This document shows positions 26,959 through 38,439 of a stretch of 64,000 nucleotides of DNA, in pieces. The translations under genes were made by a program, and so were the position numbers. Positions within the stretch are counted from its first letter, which is position 1. Every line of letters begins with the position of its first letter. The stretch is taken from positions 11,286,001 to 11,350,000 of the forward strand of contig CM097885.1 of NCBI GenBank assembly GCA_044892525.1, given 5' to 3'. The DNA is from Schmidtea polychroa (lineage: Eukaryota). The notes beneath the pieces are model-generated. The model did not search any database and was not told where the DNA came from. It was given only the letters and a program-made list of their open reading frames with translations.

Positions 26959-27487
26959 ATGTCGCAACCAAATTTTATGGAAAATGTTCTAAACGGAATT
27001 GTCACCGCGAATATAGTCGACAGCCTCAATTTCCTGATCAATCGAACCGAACAAATCATTGAAGGTGAACATATCGATTATCAGCAGATGATGGAGACGG
27101 AATCCCTGGAAACCAAGAAGTATTACTTCAATAGAATATTTCAGTGTCTTTTCGATGAAGACATGAAATGGACAAGGATAATTGTAGGATTCACCTACAT
27201 GAAGATAATCATTGCAAAAGGTCAACATGATTCAGAACATTATTATCATTGGTCTTTAGAAGTAAGATTTCTTTTATAATCTATATTTTAATAATATTCA
27301 TTTCTAGATAATCAAGTCCAAGTTTACCCCATGGATAGAAGCCAATGGCGGATGGGGTGTATTAAATAAACTGGCCTGCAATTTTAAAGAAACTGATGAA
27401 ATCAAAAGAAAAATGAAAAACTATATAAAACTTACAACTGGAGTTGTTATAATGTATATTTTCTGTAGATATATGAATAAAAATTAA
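26959..27487 (+). CDS. Bcl-2-family protein, 160 aa, spliced (26959-27261 and 27308-27487)
   Basis: BH1-like MKWTRIIVGFTY, BH2 PWIEANGGWG and a C-terminal hydrophobic anchor. A 46-nt GT-AG intron gives an intact frame. Confidence 0.88.
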
Positions 27488-27687
27488 TGTTTTTAATAGT
27501 ATATTTAAATGAAAATAATTCAATTTTAAAATTTATTAACACACTGGGTAAAGGTCATAAAGGTAACTAACAAAACTTTAACATATTATTATTATTATTA
27601 CAATGTATAAAAATTGTTCACAAAGTTACTGTTAAAAATAATCAAGACAATAAAATCAATACATTTATTAAATAATTTAAACACACA

Positions 27688-30600
27688 TCATCGAAAATAA
27701 TCATGTCCAAAATAATTATCATCTGCTGGATCATGGAAATCATCTGTATCATCTGCTGAGATAGCTTCCGTTGAATCTATAAATATATCGGTGTCACCGC
27801 CCCTATAATGGCCATATGCCAAACTTTGATTTTTATCCACCCAATTTCGTTTATCATCTCTACACGTCAAGGCTCTTTTATTATTTTTAATACTAAAAAG
27901 TTGGTGATTTTTTGACGTTATTCTAAACTGAGGGACTGTGTATATTTTATCATTTAAATAACAATCTAGATACGACTGATGTGTTAGTCCAGTATCTTTC
28001 ATACTTATCCCCTTAGCCTTCATACTTTCCTCATCACCCATCAAGCTGTAACATTTAGGTCTCAAGAACACCCAATCTTTATATAATAACCCTTTATTCT
28101 CGTCTTTGAATTTGCCAATGACAGAATCAAGGTTCCTACTATATAAAGGATGATTTGGGTCATAATTCGAAGTATCTAATAATTGATCTCTAATCATCGC
28201 AGGTAAAAGAATGTCAAGACTACAATGTTTAATTTCCAAGAAGAAGGAATCTGTGTCTCCAACAACGATATTAATTTCGCAGTTGAATTCGTCGCGATAT
28301 TTTTGCAACTCTTCATACTGCAGCTGGTACATCCTGAGTTTGGATAAATCAAGTACGGTTTGACCAATGTAACTAGGTCTATTCAAACACACTATGTCCT
28401 TCCTCAATAAAACCGAAATCAAGTCATCATCGATTTTCGTGGATTTACGAAAAGTCGGTTTCGAACAGAATGTTAATAATCTCTGTGAAGAATTACACAG
28501 ACGTAAATTAATACGTTTTTTAAGATTTTCAACAGTCTTGCCGTAAAGACTGTTGTTTAATAATTTATAAAAATTTTTATCGAGTTTATTTGTCGACGCT
28601 GCTCGTAACGCCGTATTTGTGTTAATATAATTTTTGAAAATTTTATCTTGTTTAAATTTAATTGCTCTATGTGTTTTTGATATTTTAACACCTAATTTAA
28701 TAAATATTTGTAGAAGCCTCCAATGAAGAACGTAGTTCCTCTTGGGGCTATGTGTAAGCAACAGCTTCTCTATTTTCGAACCCGGTACACACATCTTTTC
28801 AGCGGCAACGGGAAGATCGTCCAGTTTGTCGTGAATTGACGTCGGTATTTCTAAATCCACTTCTATGGTATAACCATAATCAAGCAGATCTAAATCTACC
28901 GTTGTGCATTCAACAATTAAATTATTTAATAAATTATCATCAGTAACCCATTCAAAGTCACTGCAAGGTAATGGTTGACTTAAAGCCCAACCGTATAAAT
29001 TATTTATATCTATGTAAAGCAAAGCGGTATCCGGGTCTGTTTTTACATAATGTTTATTTACAAAAGTTAGTCCGCCACGGATACCGCCCTCGAAAAAGTT
29101 ATACATCTCCATATCGGTGAGGAGCTCAATTGGAGAGTTTAAAGTTAATAAGGCTGAATTCCAAGACATACCTGGAATCCCTAAGAAATTTAATGGCTCT
29201 AGTCGGTTATGAGCAATGGACTTAGCTCTAAATTGCTGGAAAAAATCGGCTAAAAGGAAAACATCAAGTTTTAAATAAACCATCATGTAATCGAAAAGTG
29301 AAGTACATGAAGTTTCAACCCAAATTCGCTGAGCTGTTTCATATTCAGCAGGAGTCACATCTTTCCAAATAGGTGGTAACTGATGAGTGTTATGTAAAAC
29401 CTCTAATGAAGTTGCGACATCATAAGGAAAAATTCCCTTTGCAGTTATTATTGTACCCTGAAATTCTGATTCGGTCAAGGGTAAAGATGATAAAGTTTTG
29501 ACAGCATTATTTAAAGACTCGCTGACAAATTGATAAGAGTCTATAAATTTAACAGTTAATGAGTCAATCCTAGCAAAAAGACTAAGGAATTTCTCGCTGG
29601 TTAAAGGAATACAACTAATATTCCATGAATGATATTTTGAAAGGCCAAATTTCAAGATATGATGCAGATCATAACCCTTTAAATTATGAAATACTACAGG
29701 AAGGGTATGTCTAATTTGCCTCGACAGATTACAAGTTGTACAAGCGGCACCAAGATATAGACCGGTAAAATGATCATGGTCCCTAACTGGACTAACTAAA
29801 GGCTTATTACACAAATAACATGATGTGCTGTTTTCAAACATTAATTGTTGCTCATCTGTAATTATCATTTTCTTTTGATAATTTTTATAATAATAAGGAG
29901 TTACAATATATTTCCCTATCATTTCAATTTCAGTAAGAAATTGATCGACACAATCTAAACCGGTGAACGACTTATAAATTTTTACGCCTGTGAAATTATT
30001 AATAAAAAGCATACCGGCAGAAATAGGCAGATGACGTTGAAAGTAGCGAGTGTCTTTAGGTAAGATAGCCTCAAAGTCAGCGTAAATAACAAAGGGAGGA
30101 GTAACTGTTTTACTCCAATCAGTAAATTCTAAATATTTATTTTTAGGCAATGTGTACAAGGTAGTACCAAGCTGATTTTTATCGCAAAGACCCTTATGTC
30201 TATTAAAAGCGTCATCATTCCTAAAACCGTTTAAACATCTAGGGCACCACTGACTACAAATCCTAACAGGAGTGATTGAACTATTCCTACAATTAAGAAA
30301 TCTATTTAGGTCTGTGATTCCAAGATAATGATAATTATCATTCTTTTCGATTAATAATAAATTGATAGGTATGGCTCCTACTATCTTACTCCTATATATT
30401 ATATCAATAAATGGATGTTTCATAACTGCATCTTCATCGGAAATGTCAATCAAAGCCTTTTCGTTATAAGTAAGAACATTAATACTATAACCCGGATTTT
30501 GTTGTTCAAATTTACTTATATTTGATAGTTTCATCGGCATATCATTAGGATCAAATTTAATTTCAGAAAGATTGTAGGAATTAGGGCGATTTCTATATTG

Positions 30601-31490
30601 CCTATTTATACAGTCATATTTAATAATTGACAAGAAACTATACAAAAAGCAGAAGTGGTCATTATTAACTACATTAATGAGACAGCTTAAGTTTCTTAAA
30701 GATTTTGGGGTTTCAATAAAACTTCTACCACTTAATCGACTTATTTCAGCAAATTTAGTAAGAACAAAGCTTATGTATTCTATTTTATTGATAGTCCAAT
30801 TACTACCTTTCTCATTAATTCTAATTATTTTTTCATTTAAACGAGCAATACCTTCGTCAATGAATGTATCGCTCCAAACTCGGGCGGAATTCGAGATTAC
30901 AAAAGATTGTAACTCATCATCTTTTATAAATTCCACCTTTAGACAAAATTGAATTTTACATGATTTTAATTTATTTACATATAAATTTAATTTATTTATT
31001 AAAATTTCTGGTACAGAGACCGTTTTTAAATCTAAAGACGAAACGTCCATTTTTAATATAATATGATTATTATTTAAATCACTGGTGACATCTACGACAC
31101 CATAACCTATTTGATTAGTATTATTAATACGATTATTATAATAAATATTACTACTACTATTATTATTATTATTATTATTATCAATTTCCTCATCACTTAT
31201 GTTGATTATTTCATCATCATCACTTATTGTGATTACATCAATAACTTTAGATTTTTTACTTGGTATTGAATTTATTTTTTCATTATTTTTTCTTTTATTC
31301 ATATTAATTAGATTATTTATTTGTTCATTTAATTTATTTACTTGATCTTTTAGATTATTTATTTCGTTTATATCATTATTATTATTATTGGTGCTGTTAG
31401 TATTATTGTTGGTGATATTATTATTATTATTATTGTTGATATTATTATTATTATTATTGTTGTTGATATTATTATTATTGTTGTTGTTGA

Positions 31491-31536
<46 letters not shown>

Positions 31537-32321
31537 GTTAACAAACGATTCATATAAGCTATAGAAAAGAGACTTCTTAGAAGGTTTAAATTGTTGGAGA
31601 TGGAGTCTATGCTTATTATAAAATTCCTTATACGTTATAACTTCAATAACCTCACATTTAGGGCATAGGATGTAGGTGACACCGTTATATTTATGACTAT
31701 AATATCTTTCCATTATATCATCGCAGTCATTATGATATTGACTATTACAAAAGTTTTGGTATTTCAAACCTATGAAAATATTTTTATCATAAAATGTTTA
31801 AAAAATATTAAGATAATAATCATTTTTAAAGTTTAAGATATTTTTCGTAAGATATTATTCAAAATTATCTTTTAAATAGTATCTTATAAAAAATATTATT
31901 CAAAATTATCTTTTAAATAGTATCTTATAAAAAATATTATAAAATATATATAATTTAATTCGTTTTCATAAATAATTTAATTCATTTTCATAAATAATAT
32001 ATAAAAGTTATTAATTATAATGTTCAAAATCATCATAAATAAATAGGTAAATCTTCTTTTCATGAATAAATCTTCTTTTCAAAATCATCATAAATAAATA
32101 AGTAAATCTTCTTTTCATAAATTATCATAAATAAATAGGTAAATCTTCTTTTCATGAATAAATCTTCTTTTCAAAATCAACATAAATAAATAAGTAAATC
32201 TTCTTTTCATGAATAAATCTTCTTTTCATAAATCTTCCTTTCAAAATCATCATAAATAAATCTTCTTTTAAAATATCTTCTTTTCATGAAAAAATCTTCT
32301 TTTCATAAGTTTCTTCTTTTA

Positions 32322-32363
<42 letters not shown>

Positions 32364-32690
32364 ATATTTTAAAAAACTTAAAAACTTATAACAATAAATA
32401 AATACTTACATTTTCGTCCTTTCGAAAGAAATTTTCCAGCATCAGCAGCAGCAGAAGTATTTATTACATTTCCATCTAAAAGCATAATAAAAATAATAAT
32501 GATAATAAGAGTAAACTATTACCATTTATTCTATTCATGTCTACAGCTTGTCCGTCGATATTCATTTTAATTTGTTGATTAGTACCTAATAATCATATTA
32601 AAAATAATAAAATAATAAAATAATAAATTTACCATTAATTCCTCCAACGATCTTTCCGTCAACTCTTTGAATATTGTTGTTGTTGTTCAT
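27688..32690 (-). CDS. Protein-primed DNA polymerase B (exons 32690-32633, 32585-32523, 32475-32410, 31769-27688)
   Basis: Exonuclease YADFEA and FHNLKGYDLH; polymerase YIDINNLYG, KLLNNSLYGK and GDTDSF. Three phase-1 introns connect an upstream ATG in frame. Confidence 0.93.
31850..32320. repeat. Tandem AAATCTTCTTTTCA-type repeats in pPolB intron 3
   Basis: Many degenerate copies between 31850 and 32320. Confidence 0.8.
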
Positions 32691-33032
32691 GTTGCTAATA
32701 GATTTTTAAAAGTGATGAAAAAATGAAAGTGTAGACTATATAAGAGAGATATTACAGGTTTTATTAACCGACCAATGAAAATAGAGATAGGATAGGAAAA
32801 GACCCTACATGTTTGTTTATACAAACCATGACGAAATAATGACCTTTACATGTCTTTATTACTCAGTGCTTTGTTACTTTGCACTGTGCATGCACTGAAC
32901 ATGTAATAGTATTACATAATATTTTTAAACATAAAATTTTAAACATAAAATAATAAAATAATAAAATAATAAAACAAATAATAATATTTAACAAATAATT
33001 AAAATAGTCAACAAATAAAAATCATACATTTA

Positions 33033-33444
33033 TTAACCATCAAATTTTTTATACAACAACCATGCCAAACAGTGTTGACCACATGTTTGAGTCAATGGAT
33101 TTTGAAACATAGTTTTATTATATACAATAGGTTTCCCAATTGTTTGAAGTTTTGATATCAACAAAGCAGGATAATAGAAACCCATAGGATCGAATACGAA
33201 TATATTACCAGGTTTCACATATATAGCTATCCAATGTTCTCCACCAAGATGAGACGAATGAGTATTGATGATTATGGCTTGATTATTGCTCAAATAAGGA
33301 ATTTTATCAAGAGGAAAAACTCCTACAAATTCATTTCCTAATATTTGTTTTCCAATTCGATTAACCTGAACAGAACTACTTTAATAAAATTAAACAGTAT
33401 CAAAAAACTTACTCCATGACAACTTTTTGTGTTTCTGTATACAT
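33033..33444 (-). CDS. Adenain-like maturation protease, spliced (33444-33413 and 33378-33033)
   Basis: His, Asp, Gln and Cys catalytic motifs. The 34-nt intron is required for an open frame. Confidence 0.9.
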
Positions 33445-34668
33445 TTATACTAGCACGGTTCTATTTGCAGTAATTTGAACTTCATTTTCAAATACTCCAT
33501 ATATTATAACATGTACCGGTTCAGTAATAGCTTTTGCAAACTTAATATCCAGTCGTAAATTCCCGTTTTGTGGTAGTTGACTCTGATTTAAATCAAAATC
33601 AGGGGCTAAAACAAATGTAAAAAATGGATATTTGCTTTTAAATTCTTCTAGAGTTATTCCACAATTCAAGTTTTTATCTAAGTAACCCAGATTTCTAACA
33701 ATACTCTGCATATATGTCGCACAGTAATTATCGCTTTCGAAATCTTGAGTATATGTTTCTCTATAATCAGTATTTTTCGACAAAGTCAAAGAAGTAACAC
33801 CAAAATTTTTGAAAATTGAGCTGGAAGCAGTATAAGATCCATTATATTGCGTTTCATTTTGAAATGTTACCAGAATAAAATTAGGCATTCTTCTGTCACC
33901 AAATATTTGTTCTTTATAGAATGATGAAGCACCTTTAGCAATAGCAAATTGTACAATTTCCTTTGTTTTTAAAGGATAAATTGCATGTTTTGAATTAAGA
34001 CCCAATTGATGACCAGCTAATACTGACGGGTCTACTCGAACTCTTCTCACCAATAATTTTGCATCAACTAATTGGCATATTGGTGCACCAGTTGCACTAG
34101 TAAGAGATAATGCAGAATCAGACCTTTTCAATCTAATGTGTACATTAACTCCTGGTAGCAAATATTTCGGTTGATCCATAAAATCGAGTTGTAATGATGA
34201 GCACATAGTGAATGATTTTGAGCCTTTAACCCACTTTTTTCTTTCATCATCTGTTGCTGCATAACCCATAGGTGTAAGACAGGTATTTTTAGTATCAGAA
34301 TTGTAATTTAAAATAGTTTCTATCAAAGCCTTGTGAATGAATGTATTATTTCCGCCCTCAATCTTAATATTATTAAATCCCAAGACTGCATCTTTAAACA
34401 GAGTATGAAACATGAAATTGTTCGGTATTACATCTGCATTGGCATCCAAAACTTTTCTATCTTTATCTACAACCTTGATCTGAACAGTCAATAAAGTATC
34501 ATTCAAATCTAAATATTCAGTTTGCGAACCATTAATATAAAACTCGATATCATTTCTACTATCAGTAATTGAATTCATAGGAAAAACTTCCTCAAAGGCC
34601 CCAAATTCGATTACAGCTTGAGGCGATGGTCTATCAAATATACATAATTCAGATTTACCACAAATCAT
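33445..34668 (-). CDS. Major capsid protein (double jelly-roll, PY)
   Basis: KSEL.IF..P..Q..IE......P.......IEF.I.G....YLDL.DT.L.V is the Polinton MCP N-terminus. Intact 407 aa. Confidence 0.92.
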   Translation of the reverse strand: MICGKSELCIFDRPSPQAVIEFGAFEEVFPMNSITDSRNDIEFYINGSQTEYLDLNDTLLTVQIKVVDKDRKVLDANADVIPNNFMFHTLFKDAVLGFNNIKIEGGNNTFIHKALIETILNYNSDTKNTCLTPMGYAATDDERKKWVKGSKSFTMCSSLQLDFMDQPKYLLPGVNVHIRLKRSDSALSLTSATGAPICQLVDAKLLVRRVRVDPSVLAGHQLGLNSKHAIYPLKTKEIVQFAIAKGASSFYKEQIFGDRRMPNFILVTFQNETQYNGSYTASSSIFKNFGVTSLTLSKNTDYRETYTQDFESDNYCATYMQSIVRNLGYLDKNLNCGITLEEFKSKYPFFTFVLAPDFDLNQSQLPQNGNLRLDIKFAKAITEPVHVIIYGVFENEVQITANRTVLV

Positions 34669-35027
34669 TTTGCAAATATAGTTCCATGTCCTTTCATTCG
34701 TTTGTTTATACGCGATATTCCATGTCCTTTACGTTTTGGAGCTGGGGCTGGGGGCGTATCTTTTTGAAACATACCAGCAACTCCAGGTAGAACCTTCCCT
34801 AACTCAGCTAAAGCATTTGTTTTTATGGATGGTAATATTTTCTGTTCATTCATAATAACATCTTTTGCAGTTTTCATGCCAAAACTACCAATACGTTTAA
34901 GAATAGGAAGTGCAAATCTCCCTATTGTTTTTAACCAACCTGATCCGTACTGTTTACCAATAAAATATGGTAATTCACCGCCAGATTGGCTATCACTATA
35001 CATACTAATAATATCGGAATTAGCCAT
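34665..35027 (-). CDS. Putative core / membrane-active protein
   Basis: QSGG, QYGSG and MKGHG motifs plus an amphipathic helix. Confidence 0.72.
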   Translation of the reverse strand: MANSDIISMYSDSQSGGELPYFIGKQYGSGWLKTIGRFALPILKRIGSFGMKTAKDVIMNEQKILPSIKTNALAELGKVLPGVAGMFQKDTPPAPAPKRKGHGISRINKRMKGHGTIFAK

Positions 35028-36087
35028 CTACTTTACGAAAATGTAGTGTCAAATGAGTTTTTGAGTCTTTTGGAAAGTTTATAAGTTTTCCACTATCGTC
35101 ACGAATATTTATTTCTATATTGTTTATACATGAACTTGCTATTGGTAAATACATGGGATTATCTATATTTATATTGACAACTTCATCATGTTCATATTTT
35201 CCAATCCATACCGATTTCAAAAGAGGAACACTGGAATCACCAACAATTATAGGCTCAATAATATTAGTATATATGAACATTTGTTGATGATGTTCAAGTA
35301 TTCTTGGTTTACGTATACCAGCCGATTTTTCCCGATATTGCTGCTTCTCTAATCCAAGTGTATTTGTCAAATTTTTATCAAATGTAACTTCGCAAATATC
35401 ATCATTCAAACTGAAGGTAAACATCAAATCTTTCACAATGTCCAAACTTTTAAATATGTGTGAACAATTGTACTTTAAATATTTAAGTAACACATCAAGT
35501 TTATCAATATATAATTCGTCAGCAAAGGTGAATGATTCTTCAACTTCATTATTATACGACACTGATATTTTGATTTCTTCTCTCATTACACTGTTTGCTT
35601 CAAATAGATTAAAGCGTAATAAATATTCTGTTTCCATAACTTCATTTTTCAACTTATTGCAACCCAATCGTTTGGCATCTTCAATATATTCGAATGTTAT
35701 TGTAAATGGTTTAAAATCACAACTGATATTTAATCCATCCTTGTAAAACATAGAGCAGTGCTGATCTAATAGTTGATTTGGAATATGATATGTTTTATCA
35801 TAATTACTGATAATAAAGATACCGCTACATGTTTTCATAGCATTCCTTTTGAAATCAATCTTACATTGACTATAAAATGGGAATGTATTGTACACGAATG
35901 TAAAATCTTGCAGTGCAACTTCCCAGTCCCCATTTAAAGAAATCGGATTCTGGAGATTGACCATGAATTTACTGGCTTGATTATCTGGATGAATAAGCGG
36001 GCAACTATTGCTTGGTAAAATAGTATAAAAATTCACTTTACTAGATCCTTTTCTGATATCCATGATGGGTTTTGATAACCATGCCAT
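35020..36087 (-). CDS. Minor capsid protein (penton, PX)
   Basis: FYTILPSNS and GDWEVAL motifs; intact ORF. Confidence 0.88.
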   Translation of the reverse strand: MAWLSKPIMDIRKGSSKVNFYTILPSNSCPLIHPDNQASKFMVNLQNPISLNGDWEVALQDFTFVYNTFPFYSQCKIDFKRNAMKTCSGIFIISNYDKTYHIPNQLLDQHCSMFYKDGLNISCDFKPFTITFEYIEDAKRLGCNKLKNEVMETEYLLRFNLFEANSVMREEIKISVSYNNEVEESFTFADELYIDKLDVLLKYLKYNCSHIFKSLDIVKDLMFTFSLNDDICEVTFDKNLTNTLGLEKQQYREKSAGIRKPRILEHHQQMFIYTNIIEPIIVGDSSVPLLKSVWIGKYEHDEVVNINIDNPMYLPIASSCINNIEINIRDDSGKLINFPKDSKTHLTLHFRKVDG

Positions 36088-36662
36088 TTGACATAGAATT
36101 GTTTATCCTTGCCGACCTTTTTAGTTTTCAATATCTTTTGAATTCTAAATACTTTTGGGGGAGGAATAACTTGTAATTCTTGCTCATAAAACTTTCCTTG
36201 TACAATATTGTTATCATAATCACTGATGACATACATTACAGGATTCTGACTAGTATTTATTTTTGAAATTACAAAGACTTCATCACTCCAATTTGTATCG
36301 AAATTTTTAATAAATGGTGATGCACTAATTTTACTAATTCTAACATGGTCACCGACTTTATATTTAGGTTTTGCAATTTTTACAGATTTCTTAGAATAGA
36401 TTGTTTTTGATGTAATATCAACCGGTCTCAATCCATTAAGTCCTCGATGTGATGAATGATTATAACTTGTTATTATTTTCGGTAAAGCATTTACCCATTT
36501 TTTATTACCTTGATGCACGAACAATTTCTTTAATCTATCTCTCAATGTTCGATTAAATCTTTCAACATGGGCAGCTTTGTATTGAGAATGTACCGAGTAG
36601 TGATTTATTTTCAGTTTATCGAGGATTTGCTTGACTTTACTGTTGTAGAATTCTTTACCTAA

Positions 36663-36739
<77 letters not shown>

Positions 36740-37127
36740 CTAAATCTGTTTGCAAGTTATTAGGATGTCCATCTTTAAATAAATCATTAACAGCTTTAGA
36801 CATTTCATCTGCAGATTTTGCCTTGACGGGTATTGCTCGGGCAAACCGACTGAATACATCAATACATGTTAAAATATATTTATACCCATTGTTAATTTTC
36901 GAATAAGGTATCATCTCCATCAAATCCATTTGCCATAAATCATTTATTCCATATGTTTTATATACTCTTGTTGGGAATCGTTTCTGCATTGGTTTGTTCA
37001 AACTGTACGCAAGCTGGTCTGATAACAACTTCTGGGTTTCCTTTTTCGAATTCGGAACTCTTTTGTTTAATTTTGCCACTCCACCGAAACCGGCTTCGTC
37101 TTCTGGGTTCGTCCAAATCTTCTCCAT
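36033..37127 (-). CDS. Retroviral-like integrase with chromodomain (intron 36659-36739)
   Basis: DDE residues in LWQMDL, QTDLG|KEF and VERFNRTL. C-terminal FYVKWHGY..SWI chromodomain. Confidence 0.93.
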
Positions 37128-37185
37128 TACAACAAGAAGATTTAATATTAAATTTAATGTCTGGTAATGAAGGATTAGCACCCAT
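36958..37185 (-). CDS. Small MGxxxS ORF overlapping the integrase
   Basis: 75 aa, conserved across both subfamilies. Confidence 0.5.
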   Translation of the reverse strand: MGANPSLPDIKFNIKSSCCNGEDLDEPRRRSRFRWSGKIKQKSSEFEKGNPEVVIRPACVQFEQTNAETIPNKSI

Positions 37186-37188
37186 TGT

Positions 37189-37683
37189 TTATGATCGACT
37201 TCCTATTATTCCACCTAATAATGATATTGCTAAAGGTATCAATGCACCGATAAATCCCCCTTGTTGTTTATATATAATTTTTCTCATTTGTTGACGATTT
37301 TTATTATTTACTAATGATAGCAAAGGTTTCCTATGTTTACTCAATAATTGCTTTTTAGATTTACTGATTTTAATCTTACCTTTGACTACTTTAAGTATAA
37401 TATCGAGTAAATCATCGACAACATAATTTGGAAAAGATTGCAAAATACTGTTTCTTTTCATACTGGGTGCTTTTAACAATGTATTGAAAAACGGGAAACT
37501 CCGATGATTTTTAACAACTTTTACTTTCTTAGTGGTTTTACTTTTAGTTTTAGGTTTAGGATTTTTCGAAATGAGATTCATTGCAGGAAAATTTTCTGTA
37601 ATAAGTTCTTTAGATGGAGTATAACTAGTTGTTGGTGGAACTTTTGGTTGTTTTTTACTCGATATCCTTGTTTTTGAAAACAT
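37189..37683 (-). CDS. Basic virion core protein with QQGG|F site
   Basis: Homologous to 4735-5259. Confidence 0.72.
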   Translation of the reverse strand: MFSKTRISSKKQPKVPPTTSYTPSKELITENFPAMNLISKNPKPKTKSKTTKKVKVVKNHRSFPFFNTLLKAPSMKRNSILQSFPNYVVDDLLDIILKVVKGKIKISKSKKQLLSKHRKPLLSLVNNKNRQQMRKIIYKQQGGFIGALIPLAISLLGGIIGSRS

Positions 37684-37696
37684 GATTTATGTGTTT

Positions 37697-38335
37697 TCAA
37701 ATTTGTTTTAAACTTTGTTTATATACCATGGCGCCTTTTGGGTTGAAAATATCTGTTTTTACCCGTATATCATCAGGACATTGTTGTGTGAAATCGAGAA
37801 ATATATACCCATGAGGTATTTTCGTAGCATCTTGAAATGCACTGATAAGAAAATTACGGTTATTAGGGTATGCTTGTCGTCCAAGAAAATCGATGACAGT
37901 TGCATCTCTAGGATTCTTGAAAATAACTAGATATTGTACATTTAAATTACGTGTTCGATGTGCACCACCTTGATGAAATAGATTTTGTGTTATGAAAATA
38001 ACTGTTACACCAACATGTCTGCTGATTTTTGTGAATAAATTATTAAAATCCTTTTCTTTATTGGCTTCTTGATACAAATCATCGATAATGATGACATCAT
38101 CTTTTTTCAAACGACTTGACCAGTTTTTATCAAAACCCTTTACTATTTTCATGTTTTTCAATTGACAGAAACTTGATTGAGTCAATCCATGTTCTTCATC
38201 GGCGCCCCTATGCCAATAAATATTGTTGAATTTTGTTTTGAACAAATTAGATTTTAGTAATTTACAAACAAATAATGTTTTTCCACTACCACTCGGACCA
38301 ACGATTTGGTATACTGCATCATTTCGTAATTCCAT
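37697..38335 (-). CDS. Packaging ATPase
   Basis: Walker A and B motifs; intact 212 aa. Confidence 0.93.
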   Translation of the reverse strand: MELRNDAVYQIVGPSGSGKTLFVCKLLKSNLFKTKFNNIYWHRGADEEHGLTQSSFCQLKNMKIVKGFDKNWSSRLKKDDVIIIDDLYQEANKEKDFNNLFTKISRHVGVTVIFITQNLFHQGGAHRTRNLNVQYLVIFKNPRDATVIDFLGRQAYPNNRNFLISAFQDATKIPHGYIFLDFTQQCPDDIRVKTDIFNPKGAMVYKQSLKQI

Positions 38336-38439
38336 TTTTTAAATTTAAACTATATAATTATTGTTTATATTGATAATTTAAATGAACTCCTTTTTAAAAT
38401 AACTATATATAACAGAGTTTTTATAATTATTTCATTAAA

